64,000 nucleotides of DNA. Source: Candidatus Scalinduaceae bacterium. Its GTDB lineage: Bacteria > Planctomycetota > Brocadiia > Brocadiales > Scalinduaceae. The stretch spans positions 1 through 64,000 of the forward strand of contig JBHICG010000007.1 of the NCBI GenBank assembly GCA_046759445.1. Reading direction: 5' to 3'. Below are positions 30,628-39,529 of the stretch, piece after piece. Every line of letters begins with the position of its first letter. Positions within the stretch are counted from its first letter, which is position 1. The notes under the pieces were generated by a model. It ran no database searches, had not been told where the DNA came from, and saw only the letters and a program-made list of their open reading frames with translations. Both the position numbers and the translations under genes were made by a program.

Positions 30628-30874
30628 TATTGCATTAGTTGCAGTAACATTGGCAATTATGTTAACGCTCTATAGGGCGATAAAAGGACCAACGGTATAT
30701 GACAGGGTCCTTGCAGCAAATGCGATAGGTACTAAGGCTGTAGTCATTTTAGCGCTTATTGGATTCGCATATGGCCGTCCTCATTTTCTTGATTTAGCTG
30801 TGGTTTATACATTAATAAACTTTATTGCAACAATAGCTTTTCTTAAATATAGAGAAATGGAGAGATTGGATTAG
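30620..30874 (+). CDS. mrpF: Mrp antiporter subunit F
   Basis: GPTVYDRVLA, LDLAVVYTLINFIAT. Confidence 0.93.
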   Translation: MFDIALVAVTLAIMLTLYRAIKGPTVYDRVLAANAIGTKAVVILALIGFAYGRPHFLDLAVVYTLINFIATIAFLKYREMERLD

Positions 30875-30975
30875 GAAATTTAGGAATTTAAGAATTGAGG
30901 GATTAAGGAATTATTCAATACCATAATCCATCGAAAAAGAATTCCTAAATTCTTAAATTCCTAAATTCCTAAATT
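30872..30975. repeat. Gene-less inverted 8-mer array
   Basis: (ttaggaat)n-like left arm, (aattccta)n-like right arm; recurs at 33406-33455, 35590-35660 and 35788-35855. Confidence 0.8.
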
Positions 30976-30993
30976 AGTCATAATTATTTAATC

Positions 30994-31305
30994 ATGGATA
31001 TTAGAACAATAATTGCCGGAGTTTTCTTAGGTATAGGATGTTTCTTTGTTATCGTGACCGCCATCGGTATTGTAAGGTTTCCTGACTTTTTCTCCAGGTT
31101 ACATCCTGCAGGAAAAACTGACACCGTCGGACAGGCGCTTATCTTTATAGGCCTGATGATATATGAGGGATTCTCTCTGATAAGTGTTAAGCTCCTAATC
31201 ATAATAGTATTTATCTTTATTGCAAGCCCAACAGCAACACATGCTGTCGCACAGGCTGCATTTTTAAAAGGGGTTATACCCTGGAAAAGAAAGGAGAAGA
31301 AGTGA
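30994..31305 (+). CDS. mrpG: Mrp antiporter subunit G
   Basis: GIVRFPDFFSRLH, SPTATHAVAQAA. Confidence 0.93.
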   Translation: MDIRTIIAGVFLGIGCFFVIVTAIGIVRFPDFFSRLHPAGKTDTVGQALIFIGLMIYEGFSLISVKLLIIIVFIFIASPTATHAVAQAAFLKGVIPWKRKEKK

Positions 31306-31319
31306 TGGTGTATTGGGGT

Positions 31320-31470
31320 GGAGCATTCCCAATTTGTTGTAAATAAGTGTATATGTGGATTCGGCCTCTGGCCTTAATCCACCCTACATCGTACCATACA
31401 TCGTTATATGTAGGGTGGATTAAGCGAAGCGAATCCACCTTTATTATCTACAACAAATTGGGAATGCTCC
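31320..31470. mobile_element. 151-bp MITE-like element with 27-bp TIRs enclosing two divergent GTAG REPs
   Basis: ggagcattcccaatttgttgtaaataa / ttatctacaacaaattgggaatgctcc (26/27); inner REPs at 31355-31387 and 31410-31439. Confidence 0.8.
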
Positions 31471-31536
31471 CGTATCGGAGTGGTCCAAAGCCAATGGCTG
31501 AAAATATTTCTATGACATATCCATGGTATTACAAAA

Positions 31537-32085
31537 ATGATTGATATTTTACTGCTTCTCATTTTATTAGTCTGCGCTTTTTTTGCAGTTTTTATGAAAG
31601 ACCTGCTGAGTGCGATTATTATACTTGGTGTGTACAGCTTTATAATGGCGACAATATTCACTTGGTTGAATGCGGTTGATGTTGCCTTTACTGAGGCATC
31701 TGTTGGAGCAGGGATTACGTCTGTATTAATGATCGCAGCATTGAGCAGGACAAAAAGGTATGAGTATCATTATACAAAATCTCAAAGAAGAAATCCTTCA
31801 GCCTTGTTTTTGAAGATAATGTCTCTCTTTCTTGTAATAGTTACAGGTGCAGTCCTGGTGTATGGGGCGATTGACATGCCCACGTTTGGAGACCCTGACT
31901 CACCTGCAAGTAAACATGTGTCGCCAAGATATATAGAGGAATCCCACCATGAGACCGGAGTCAAAAACTTTGTTACCGCTGTGCTTGCAAGTTACAGGGG
32001 ATACGATACACTCGGAGAAACTACGGTAATTTTTACCGCCGGTATATGTGTTATATTGCTACTGAGACGGAGGGGAAAAGATTAG
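31537..32085 (+). CDS. Mrp subunit B-related protein (DUF4040 plus MnhB N-terminal part)
   Basis: AVDVAFTEASVGAG, NFVTAVLASYRGYDTLGE. Confidence 0.88.
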   Translation: MIDILLLLILLVCAFFAVFMKDLLSAIIILGVYSFIMATIFTWLNAVDVAFTEASVGAGITSVLMIAALSRTKRYEYHYTKSQRRNPSALFLKIMSLFLVIVTGAVLVYGAIDMPTFGDPDSPASKHVSPRYIEESHHETGVKNFVTAVLASYRGYDTLGETTVIFTAGICVILLLRRRGKD

Positions 32086-32940
32086 ATGATTATGTCGGGT
32101 AAGAAACCCAAACTACTTGTAAAAATGGAATATTGTAGGGCGCATTTCTTATGCGCCATATATTGATTACTGAAAATTCAGAGTAATTCTCTGACTGCCG
32201 GCAGACCAGCCTATCGGTTGGACAGGTAGGCAAAGGATGTCTTTGTAGGGGTTCAAGATTTTGAATCCGTACAACAAAATTTTGGATAGGCGCTGCAATT
32301 GAAGTGCATCGGCGCCTTGGGCCAGGGTTGTTAGGAATTTCAATCATAGTTTCCCCCCACTTCTTGCTTTCGCATCGTGCCGATACGGTGCAAGAAAGCA
32401 GTGGGGGGATTAAGACCTGCCCTGGTGCGATCCGCCCTTCGGTTTGGGCCAGGGGGTGTGTAGATATTCCGTCCCTTCCTTAAGAAGGGCATACACACCC
32501 CTGGCCCCTCTTTTTAGAGGGGAGTTTGAAAGTCGCTCGCCGAAGCGAGCCTAACTTGAGAATTAGTTTTTGGTAATCTGCTATTTCACAAAGGTAAAAG
32601 GTGCGATATCTTAAGGAATATTACTTAACAGGACAGGCGTAGGGTGGATTAAGGCTGTCAGGCCGAATCCACCAAAAACGTCTGTGTGGTATTATTGTCT
32701 ATGAGTTAATATAGGAGGGTTTATCAACGAGGAGGCTGTTATTTCTTTACGGTTGTGACATTTAAGAGATTTAAGGATAAGGGCGGATTCGCTTTGTCAC
32801 CCTGAACTTGTTTCAGGGTCTCTTAACATATTGATACATATAGATTCTGACCCCCATAGCTTCCTTGCGTAAGCTAGGAATGGGGGCAGAATGACACTTT
32901 TGGATATTTGGGTTTTCCGCAACAGATACTAAGTAGAAGC
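32086..32940. repeat. 855-bp intra-operon spacer built from at least 8 nested palindromic elements
   Basis: GTAG REPs at 32135, 32245 and 32639; cccc/gggg pair at 32352-32524; GTCA pair at 32795-32896; several inserted modules. Confidence 0.8.
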
Positions 32941-33366
32941 ATGAAAGAACATATTATAATACGAACTGTTTCAAAATTTTTTACCCCTTTTATCAAATTG
33001 TATGCATTTTACGTTATTGCTCATGGTGACCTCGGTCCTGGCGGTGGTTTTCAAGGGGGTGTAATTTTGGGCGCAAGCATGATCTTATATGTAATTACAT
33101 TTGGCATGGATGAAGGCCGAAAGAGGGTATCGCAGAAAATTGGCGATATCTTTATGTCAACAGGTGTTTTGTTATATGCGGGGATTGGGTTGTTTTGTAT
33201 ATTAGCAGGAGGGGCATATCTGGAATATGCAGAACTTCCTCTAGGTTCGCATCATCTTGCAAGCCATTTAGGTATCTACGGCATTGAAATAGGCGTAGGG
33301 ATTACAGTTGCTTTTGTGATGATAACAATATTCTTTGAAACGGCAAGGAAAGAAAGGGAGCAGTAG
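32941..33366 (+). CDS. mrpB: Mrp antiporter subunit B
   Basis: HGDLGPGGGFQGG, IEIGVGITV; start moved to the ATG at 32941. Confidence 0.92.
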   Translation: MKEHIIIRTVSKFFTPFIKLYAFYVIAHGDLGPGGGFQGGVILGASMILYVITFGMDEGRKRVSQKIGDIFMSTGVLLYAGIGLFCILAGGAYLEYAELPLGSHHLASHLGIYGIEIGVGITVAFVMITIFFETARKEREQ

Positions 33367-33486
33367 TGCCCCTGTAATATTTTTTTCATTTTTTGGCAAA
33401 AAAAATTAAGAATTCAGGAATTGGGGAATTCAGGAATTCCTTAATTCCTCAATATTATAATTCTGACTCGTTCGGGTTAGACAATC

Positions 33487-33876
33487 ATGACTGATGTAAT
33501 TTATTTTATTCAGACAAAATATTACTATTTAGTAGTTATATTCCTCATGATGATTGGACTTTATACAACGATATCTTCGAGGAATCTTATAAAAAAGGTT
33601 ATAGGTATAAATATCTTTCAGATCTCAGTCTTTCTATTTTATATTGCAATGGCTAAGGTTAAACACGGAACGGCTCCTATATTGTGGGAGAAGGCCCATG
33701 TTTACGATAATCCTCTCCCTCATGTGCTTATCCTTACCGCTATAGTTGTTTCTGTAAGCACAACTGCGGTTGCTCTTGCCCTTATAATAAATATTCATAA
33801 AGAATATGGAACGATTGAAGAAGACAGGATCATAGCAAAGCAAAAACTAGATATCGATAGGGGCAACATAACATAG
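33487..33876 (+). CDS. mrpC: Mrp antiporter subunit C
   Basis: NLIKKVIG, NPLPHVLILTAIVV. Confidence 0.93.
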   Translation: MTDVIYFIQTKYYYLVVIFLMMIGLYTTISSRNLIKKVIGINIFQISVFLFYIAMAKVKHGTAPILWEKAHVYDNPLPHVLILTAIVVSVSTTAVALALIINIHKEYGTIEEDRIIAKQKLDIDRGNIT

Positions 33877-33877
33877 C

Positions 33878-35401
33878 ATGAAATTCATTCAAGAGTTACC
33901 AGTCCTCATAATTGTCATTCCTCTTATCTTTGCGCTTATAATCCCTCTGGTAGGTAGATTAAACAGACTTCTCCCATGGGTTATTGCGTCAACCATAACA
34001 TTCTTTTGCTTTCTAACCTCCATTTCCCTTCTTATTACTGTCCTGGATACAGGGAAGATAAGTTACTGGTTAGGCGGTTGGGAACCACCCTGGGGGATAG
34101 AGTATGCGATTGATTACCTGAATGCATTTGTGCTGGCAGTTGTTTCATTTATTGCCTTTATTGTTTCTCTTTATTCAAGGAGGAGCGTAGAGTTAGAGAT
34201 TAATGAAGACAAACAATCAGCGTTTTACTGCATATATATGCTTTTTATTACAGGGCTCATGGGGATAGTCATAACAGGTGATATCTTCAATATATATGTA
34301 TTTTTAGAGATTTCCTCTCTTGCAGGATATGCCCTGATTGCCATTGGAAAGAAAAGGGAGGCCCTTGTAGCAAGCTATAATTATCTTATATTAGGTACCA
34401 TTGCCGCCACATTTATACTAATCGGTATCGGTTACATTTATATGGCAACAGGTACTCTAAATATTGGCGATCTACAAGAAAGATTACCGGCATTATTTCA
34501 TTCAAAGATGGTATTAGTTGCCCTCGCATTTTTCACGGTAGGCCTTAGTCTGAAACTTGCCTTATTCCCATTACATACCTGGCTTCCTGGCGCCTATACA
34601 CATGCCCCCTCAGTTGTGAGTTGCATAATGGCCGCAACAGCGACAAAGGTTGGCGTCTATGCAATGTTAAGGATCATATTTGGTGTTTTTAAAATAGAGT
34701 TTGATATACATTTTATCCCTATTGCAAATATATTAATCGTTATTTCTTCGATGGCCATAATTGCGGGTTCTGCGCTTGCCATTGCACAGACAAATCTTAA
34801 AAGGATGCTTGCGTATTCAAGCGTTGGACAGATAGGGTATATCGTCCTAGGCGCAGTCCTTGCCAACCAGTTAGCAATGACCGGAAGTATTATCCATATA
34901 CTGAATCATGCGTTGATGAAAGGGGCATTGTTTATGGTTGTAGGCTGTATTGTTTACAAGACAGGTATAGAAGATATTTCAGGGTTGAATGGAATGGGTA
35001 AAAAGATGCCGTTCACAATGGCTGTATTTACTATTGCAGGGCTGTCTATGATGGGAGTTCCCCTTACAGTCGGCTTTGTCAGTAAATGGTATATTGCTAT
35101 CGGCGCGCTGAATGCCGGCATGTGGTACCTTATTCCCGTAATAATTACAGGTTCTCTGCTTTCGGCAGTATATGTCTGGAGAATTATCGTAAATATATAC
35201 TTTCCTGAAGAATTACCGGAACACGAATTACAATATACAGACGGTGGGGCCGAAATTGACTACAAGTCACAGTATTCAGAAGCGCCCTGGAGTATGCTGG
35301 CACCTACAATAGCACTTGCCGTGCTTTGTATATATTTTGGAATTACCGCCACAACCCCTCTGTCTATAGCTGAGAAGGCGGCTGTTATGTTGTTGCAATA
35401 A
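33878..35401 (+). CDS. mrpD: Mrp antiporter subunit D family
   Basis: GDIFNIYVFLE, KLALFPLHTWLP, KRMLAYSS, NHALMK. Confidence 0.93.
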   Translation: MKFIQELPVLIIVIPLIFALIIPLVGRLNRLLPWVIASTITFFCFLTSISLLITVLDTGKISYWLGGWEPPWGIEYAIDYLNAFVLAVVSFIAFIVSLYSRRSVELEINEDKQSAFYCIYMLFITGLMGIVITGDIFNIYVFLEISSLAGYALIAIGKKREALVASYNYLILGTIAATFILIGIGYIYMATGTLNIGDLQERLPALFHSKMVLVALAFFTVGLSLKLALFPLHTWLPGAYTHAPSVVSCIMAATATKVGVYAMLRIIFGVFKIEFDIHFIPIANILIVISSMAIIAGSALAIAQTNLKRMLAYSSVGQIGYIVLGAVLANQLAMTGSIIHILNHALMKGALFMVVGCIVYKTGIEDISGLNGMGKKMPFTMAVFTIAGLSMMGVPLTVGFVSKWYIAIGALNAGMWYLIPVIITGSLLSAVYVWRIIVNIYFPEELPEHELQYTDGGAEIDYKSQYSEAPWSMLAPTIALAVLCIYFGITATTPLSIAEKAAVMLLQ

Positions 35402-35880
35402 TACATATTTAGGAATTGAGGGATTCCTGATTCGAACGGGTCGGAACAAGAATATTTTAGATTCCCGTCCGAACGGCATGGCCGGGCGGGTACGAATTAC
35501 GATTTGGAATTCTCAATCCCCCTTAGTCCCCCTTTTCTAAAGGGGGAGATAGGTGGATTTAAATCATAATTTTTTGCTAAAATTGGTCAGGATTAAAGGA
35601 TTGGGGAATTGGGAAATTGATTGACGATTAAATATTGAAGATTTAGAGATTCAGGAGGGACATTACAGCCTTGTCATCCTGAACTCGTTTCAGGATCTTC
35701 GATTTCGGAATCTCTTGGGTTCTAAAGCCAGAGATCCTGAAATAAGCACACTGTGGTTGTACACCAGGATTCAGGATGACAGAGGGGAGATTGGGGAATT
35801 TAGGGTATTAAATATCAAAATTCCTAAATTCTTAAATCCCTTAATTCCTCAATTATTATAATATTTTAAAAGGAAATTTA
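35402..35880. repeat. Intra-operon spacer of nested palindromic elements
   Basis: 8-mer arrays, 27-nt module at 35464-35490, ccccctt..aaggggg hairpin, GTCA pair at 35672-35781 with a 23-nt insert. Confidence 0.8.
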
Positions 35881-35883
35881 ATA

Positions 35884-37368
35884 TTGGAAACAGTTTATTC
35901 ATCTATACCTTTTTACGCATTAATTGTACCGCTCTGTGCCGTTGTTCTTATAGGTATATTCTACAATAAACCAAACCTGCGGGAAACGTGGACGATTTTG
36001 GCCTCTTTTGCTAAATTTGGTTTGATCGTCTCTATGCTTCCAACGATAATTGATGGGAAGGTCATAGAATGTTCTATAGTAACAGTCCTTCCGGGGCTTG
36101 ATATTAGTTTCAGGATCGATGCCCTGGGAATATTCTTTGCCCTCACTGCATCCTTTCTCTGGATTCTTACGTCATTCTATTCTATCGGTTATGTGCGAAC
36201 CCTGAATGAACATGCGCAAACAAGATATTTTATCTGTTTTGCAGTCGCAATATCCGCAACTATAGGTGTTGCGTTTTCTGCAAACATGTTCACAACCTAT
36301 CTTTTTTACGAAATGATCACCTTAAGCACATACCCCCTCGTCGCACATAAGGAGACACCGGAGGCGCGTTCAGGCGCAAAAGTTTATTTTGTTTTTCTCT
36401 TCGGCACCTCTGTAGCATTTCTCCTGAGCGCCATCTTTCTGACATATTATGCAACAGGTACACTTGATTTTTCGAATAGGGGTATATTCAGTGATGCAAG
36501 GGGGAAGGGGTTAAGTGATATATTTCTGATCGTTACCTTTGGCCTCTTTATAGCAGGGACTTCAAAAGCGGCAATGATGCCTTTTCATGCATGGCTTCCT
36601 CGTGCCATGGTCGCTCCTACACCTGTGAGCGCTTTTTTACATGCAGTGGCAGTTGTTAAGTCGGGCATCTTTGTCGTTGTAAAGATAGTTCTTCATTTAT
36701 TCGGGATTAACCTCTTGGCTGAATTGAGACTTGGTATAGTCCTTGCATACTGTGCATCCATTACCATGATAGTTTCATCTATAATCGCCCTCAGGCAGGA
36801 TAACCTGAAGGCAAGGCTTGCATATTCAACGGTTGCCCAGCTTTCATATGTAATATTCGGCGCTGCCCTACTTACGCCTTCAGGTATAACCGGAAGCATT
36901 ATGCATATTGTAATTCATGCATTTGGAAAGATAACGCTCTTTTTCTGTGCCGGGGCTATATATGCCGCGTCTCATAAGACCAAAGTAAGCGAACTTGATG
37001 GGATTGGAAGGAAGATGCCTTTCACCATGACTGCCTTTGCCCTGGCCTCACTCTCAATTATTGGAGTTCCTCCTCTGGGTGGTTTTATAAGCAAGTGGTA
37101 TCTGGCCAAGGGTGTAATAGAAGCAGGGGAAATTCCGATAATTGCCGTCCTCGTAATAAGCACAATACTTAATGCCTGTTACTTTCTCCCTATTGTGTAT
37201 AAGGCATTTTTTAAAGAATTGCCATCGGGCGAAACGGCGGAAAGAAACGAGGCCCCCGCCATTATGGTGGTGCCATTGGTGCTTACGACCGTTGGAACAG
37301 TGCTTTTATTCTTTGTACCATCAATATTTCTTGATCTTGCCAAGATGGTTGTGGCAGGTTTAAATTAA
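35884..37368 (+). CDS. Mrp subunit D/A-like antiporter subunit
   Basis: KAAMMPFHAWLPRAMVAPTPVSAFLHAVAVVK, KARLAYST, HAFGKITLFF. Confidence 0.9.
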   Translation: METVYSSIPFYALIVPLCAVVLIGIFYNKPNLRETWTILASFAKFGLIVSMLPTIIDGKVIECSIVTVLPGLDISFRIDALGIFFALTASFLWILTSFYSIGYVRTLNEHAQTRYFICFAVAISATIGVAFSANMFTTYLFYEMITLSTYPLVAHKETPEARSGAKVYFVFLFGTSVAFLLSAIFLTYYATGTLDFSNRGIFSDARGKGLSDIFLIVTFGLFIAGTSKAAMMPFHAWLPRAMVAPTPVSAFLHAVAVVKSGIFVVVKIVLHLFGINLLAELRLGIVLAYCASITMIVSSIIALRQDNLKARLAYSTVAQLSYVIFGAALLTPSGITGSIMHIVIHAFGKITLFFCAGAIYAASHKTKVSELDGIGRKMPFTMTAFALASLSIIGVPPLGGFISKWYLAKGVIEAGEIPIIAVLVISTILNACYFLPIVYKAFFKELPSGETAERNEAPAIMVVPLVLTTVGTVLLFFVPSIFLDLAKMVVAGLN

Positions 37369-37464
37369 ATATTCAGGCTCAATCAACGGAGCTAAGCTCA
37401 GCTTTGAATGATTGAACAAGCAAGCATTTTACTTTTTGTTTAGCAATTGGAGGAAGATTTTGAT

Positions 37465-37710
37465 ATGAAAAAAGAATTCAATTTTTTCGATAAACCCGGG
37501 AACATAAAGAAATTGAATATTTTTTTCTACGTAACCCTCGGTATTCTTGTTGTGTTAGATTTCTTTATTGAGAAACATCCACATGTTGGATGGGAAAAGA
37601 TACCATCTTCTTATGCCCTTTACGGCTTTCTTTCCTGTGCCGTGATTATTGCCATATCGAAAACACTTGGTAAACTCTGGCTTCAAAAAGGAGAAGATTA
37701 CTATGACTAG
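37465..37710 (+). CDS. Small membrane protein of the Mrp operon
   Basis: Two TMs, YALYGFLSC, ends EDYYD; overlaps the start of the next gene. Confidence 0.8.
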   Translation: MKKEFNFFDKPGNIKKLNIFFYVTLGILVVLDFFIEKHPHVGWEKIPSSYALYGFLSCAVIIAISKTLGKLWLQKGEDYYD

Positions 37711-39514
37711 CTTTATACCCCCAGTGTCATTTTTTATTTTTGGGGCGGTTCTATTCTTATTTATAAGGGGAAATGTACTCAGGGTGTTCCTGCTCTTGAT
37801 TCCAGCCATTACATTTATGAACCTTGTTAATATGCCGGAGGGAACACATTACACCATTAACTTCCTTGATTTTGAGATAATTTTCTGCAAGGTTGATAAA
37901 ATGAGCAAGGTTTTTGGATATATTTTTGTGATCATGACTTTTGCGGGAAACCTTTTTTCAATCCATTTAAAAACAAGGGACGAACACATTGCTGCCTTAT
38001 TATATGCCGGAGGGTCTTTAGGTGTTGTTTTTGCGGGAGATTATTTCTCTCTATTTGTCTTTTGGGAGCTTATGGCAGTTGCCTCAACTTATCTCATATG
38101 GGCGCGTAAAACTAAGGCAGCCAAAGATGCGGGATTCAGGTATGTTATAATACATTTTCTTGGCGGTCAATTTCTTTTTGCCGGAATAATTATATATGTA
38201 GTATCCACCGGATCTATAAGTTTTGGCTACCTTGGTCTAAATGGACCTGCTTCATGGTTGATCCTTCTTGGATTCATCTTGAATGCGGCTGTACCGCCAT
38301 TCTCTGCATGGCTCTCTGATGCATATCCGGAATCAACTGTTACAGGTACTGTTTTTTTGAGTGCATTTACAACCAAAACGGCTGTTTATGTGCTTGCAAG
38401 AGCCTTTCCTGGCGAACAAATACTAATGTGGGCAGGGATTGTAATGGTTGTATACGGGATTGTTTATGCACTCATCGAAAACGATATGAGAAGAGTTTTA
38501 TCCTATAGCATAATGAACCAGGTGGGTTTTATGATTACGGGAATAGGAATTGGGACTACGCTGGCGATAAATGGTGCTGTATCACACGCCTTTGCACATA
38601 TATTGTACAAGGCACTTTTAATGATGTCAGCAGGTGCGGTACTCTTTATGACTAATAAGAGCAAGTGTACTGAATTGGGCGGTTTATACAAGACTATGCC
38701 AATTACTCTTATATTGTGTTGTGTTGGAGCAGCTTCTATTTCCGGATTTCCTCTAACAGGTGGATTTACAACCAAATCAATGATAATTGCTGCCGCAGGA
38801 AGTGAACACCTCAGTGTTATATGGCATCTCTTGATGCTTGCCTCGGCAGGTGTTTTCCTGCATGCAGGTATCAAGTTCCCTTATTTTGTCTTTTTTGCAA
38901 AAGATTCAGGTTTGAGGCCAAAAGAACCTCCAATTAATATGCTTCTTGCCATGGGGCTTCTATCCATTTTATGCATACTTGTAGGTGTTTGGCCTGAAGC
39001 ACTTTACCGGATATTACCTTATCCTGTTGACTTTGTTCCTTATACGGGCGCTCATGTGGTTGGCCAGCTTCAGATTCTTATGTTTTCGGCCCTTGCTTTC
39101 TTTGTGCTCTTAAAATTTCTTAAGCGGACAGAGACAATAAGCCTGGATACCGATTGGTTCTATAGAAAAGCTACTATGGGATTCCTCTGGCTTCTGGAAA
39201 ATCCATTGGCCTGGTTTGGTAATCAGGTTAGGACCACAATTTTTGCAACCATTCCCCAATCTTGTATATGGTTCAGCAGGAACCCTCTGTTGGCTTTAAA
39301 GGTGGCTGGTAACTATATAGTGATTGCGATATTTGAGGAACAATTTACTAAAGAAAAGGTAGAAAGGATAAGGAGTCGAATAGTAGAGAAAATGACTGTC
39401 TATCCCGGGAATGTAATCAGATACTCGCATGTTGGTACAACTGTAATCTGGGTAATGGGATTTTTGTTGGCATATTTGATAATATATATTGTTTCAGGCA
39501 GAATAGTTGTATAA
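37703..39514 (+). CDS. Mrp subunit D/A-like antiporter subunit (long form)
   Basis: FWELMA, NAAVPPFSAWLSDAYPE, FTTKTAVY, HAFAHILYKALL; start moved to the ATG at 37703. Confidence 0.9.
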   Translation: MTSFIPPVSFFIFGAVLFLFIRGNVLRVFLLLIPAITFMNLVNMPEGTHYTINFLDFEIIFCKVDKMSKVFGYIFVIMTFAGNLFSIHLKTRDEHIAALLYAGGSLGVVFAGDYFSLFVFWELMAVASTYLIWARKTKAAKDAGFRYVIIHFLGGQFLFAGIIIYVVSTGSISFGYLGLNGPASWLILLGFILNAAVPPFSAWLSDAYPESTVTGTVFLSAFTTKTAVYVLARAFPGEQILMWAGIVMVVYGIVYALIENDMRRVLSYSIMNQVGFMITGIGIGTTLAINGAVSHAFAHILYKALLMMSAGAVLFMTNKSKCTELGGLYKTMPITLILCCVGAASISGFPLTGGFTTKSMIIAAAGSEHLSVIWHLLMLASAGVFLHAGIKFPYFVFFAKDSGLRPKEPPINMLLAMGLLSILCILVGVWPEALYRILPYPVDFVPYTGAHVVGQLQILMFSALAFFVLLKFLKRTETISLDTDWFYRKATMGFLWLLENPLAWFGNQVRTTIFATIPQSCIWFSRNPLLALKVAGNYIVIAIFEEQFTKEKVERIRSRIVEKMTVYPGNVIRYSHVGTTVIWVMGFLLAYLIIYIVSGRIVV

Positions 39515-39529
39515 AAAAGGTAAAAGTTT

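Noticed and set aside
32090..32347. Short ORFs in the Mrp spacers (also 31347-31544, 35276-35479, 39400-39642)
   Set aside because: They are translations of the repeat elements; shared peptides such as PAMPFGR come from the 27-nt module
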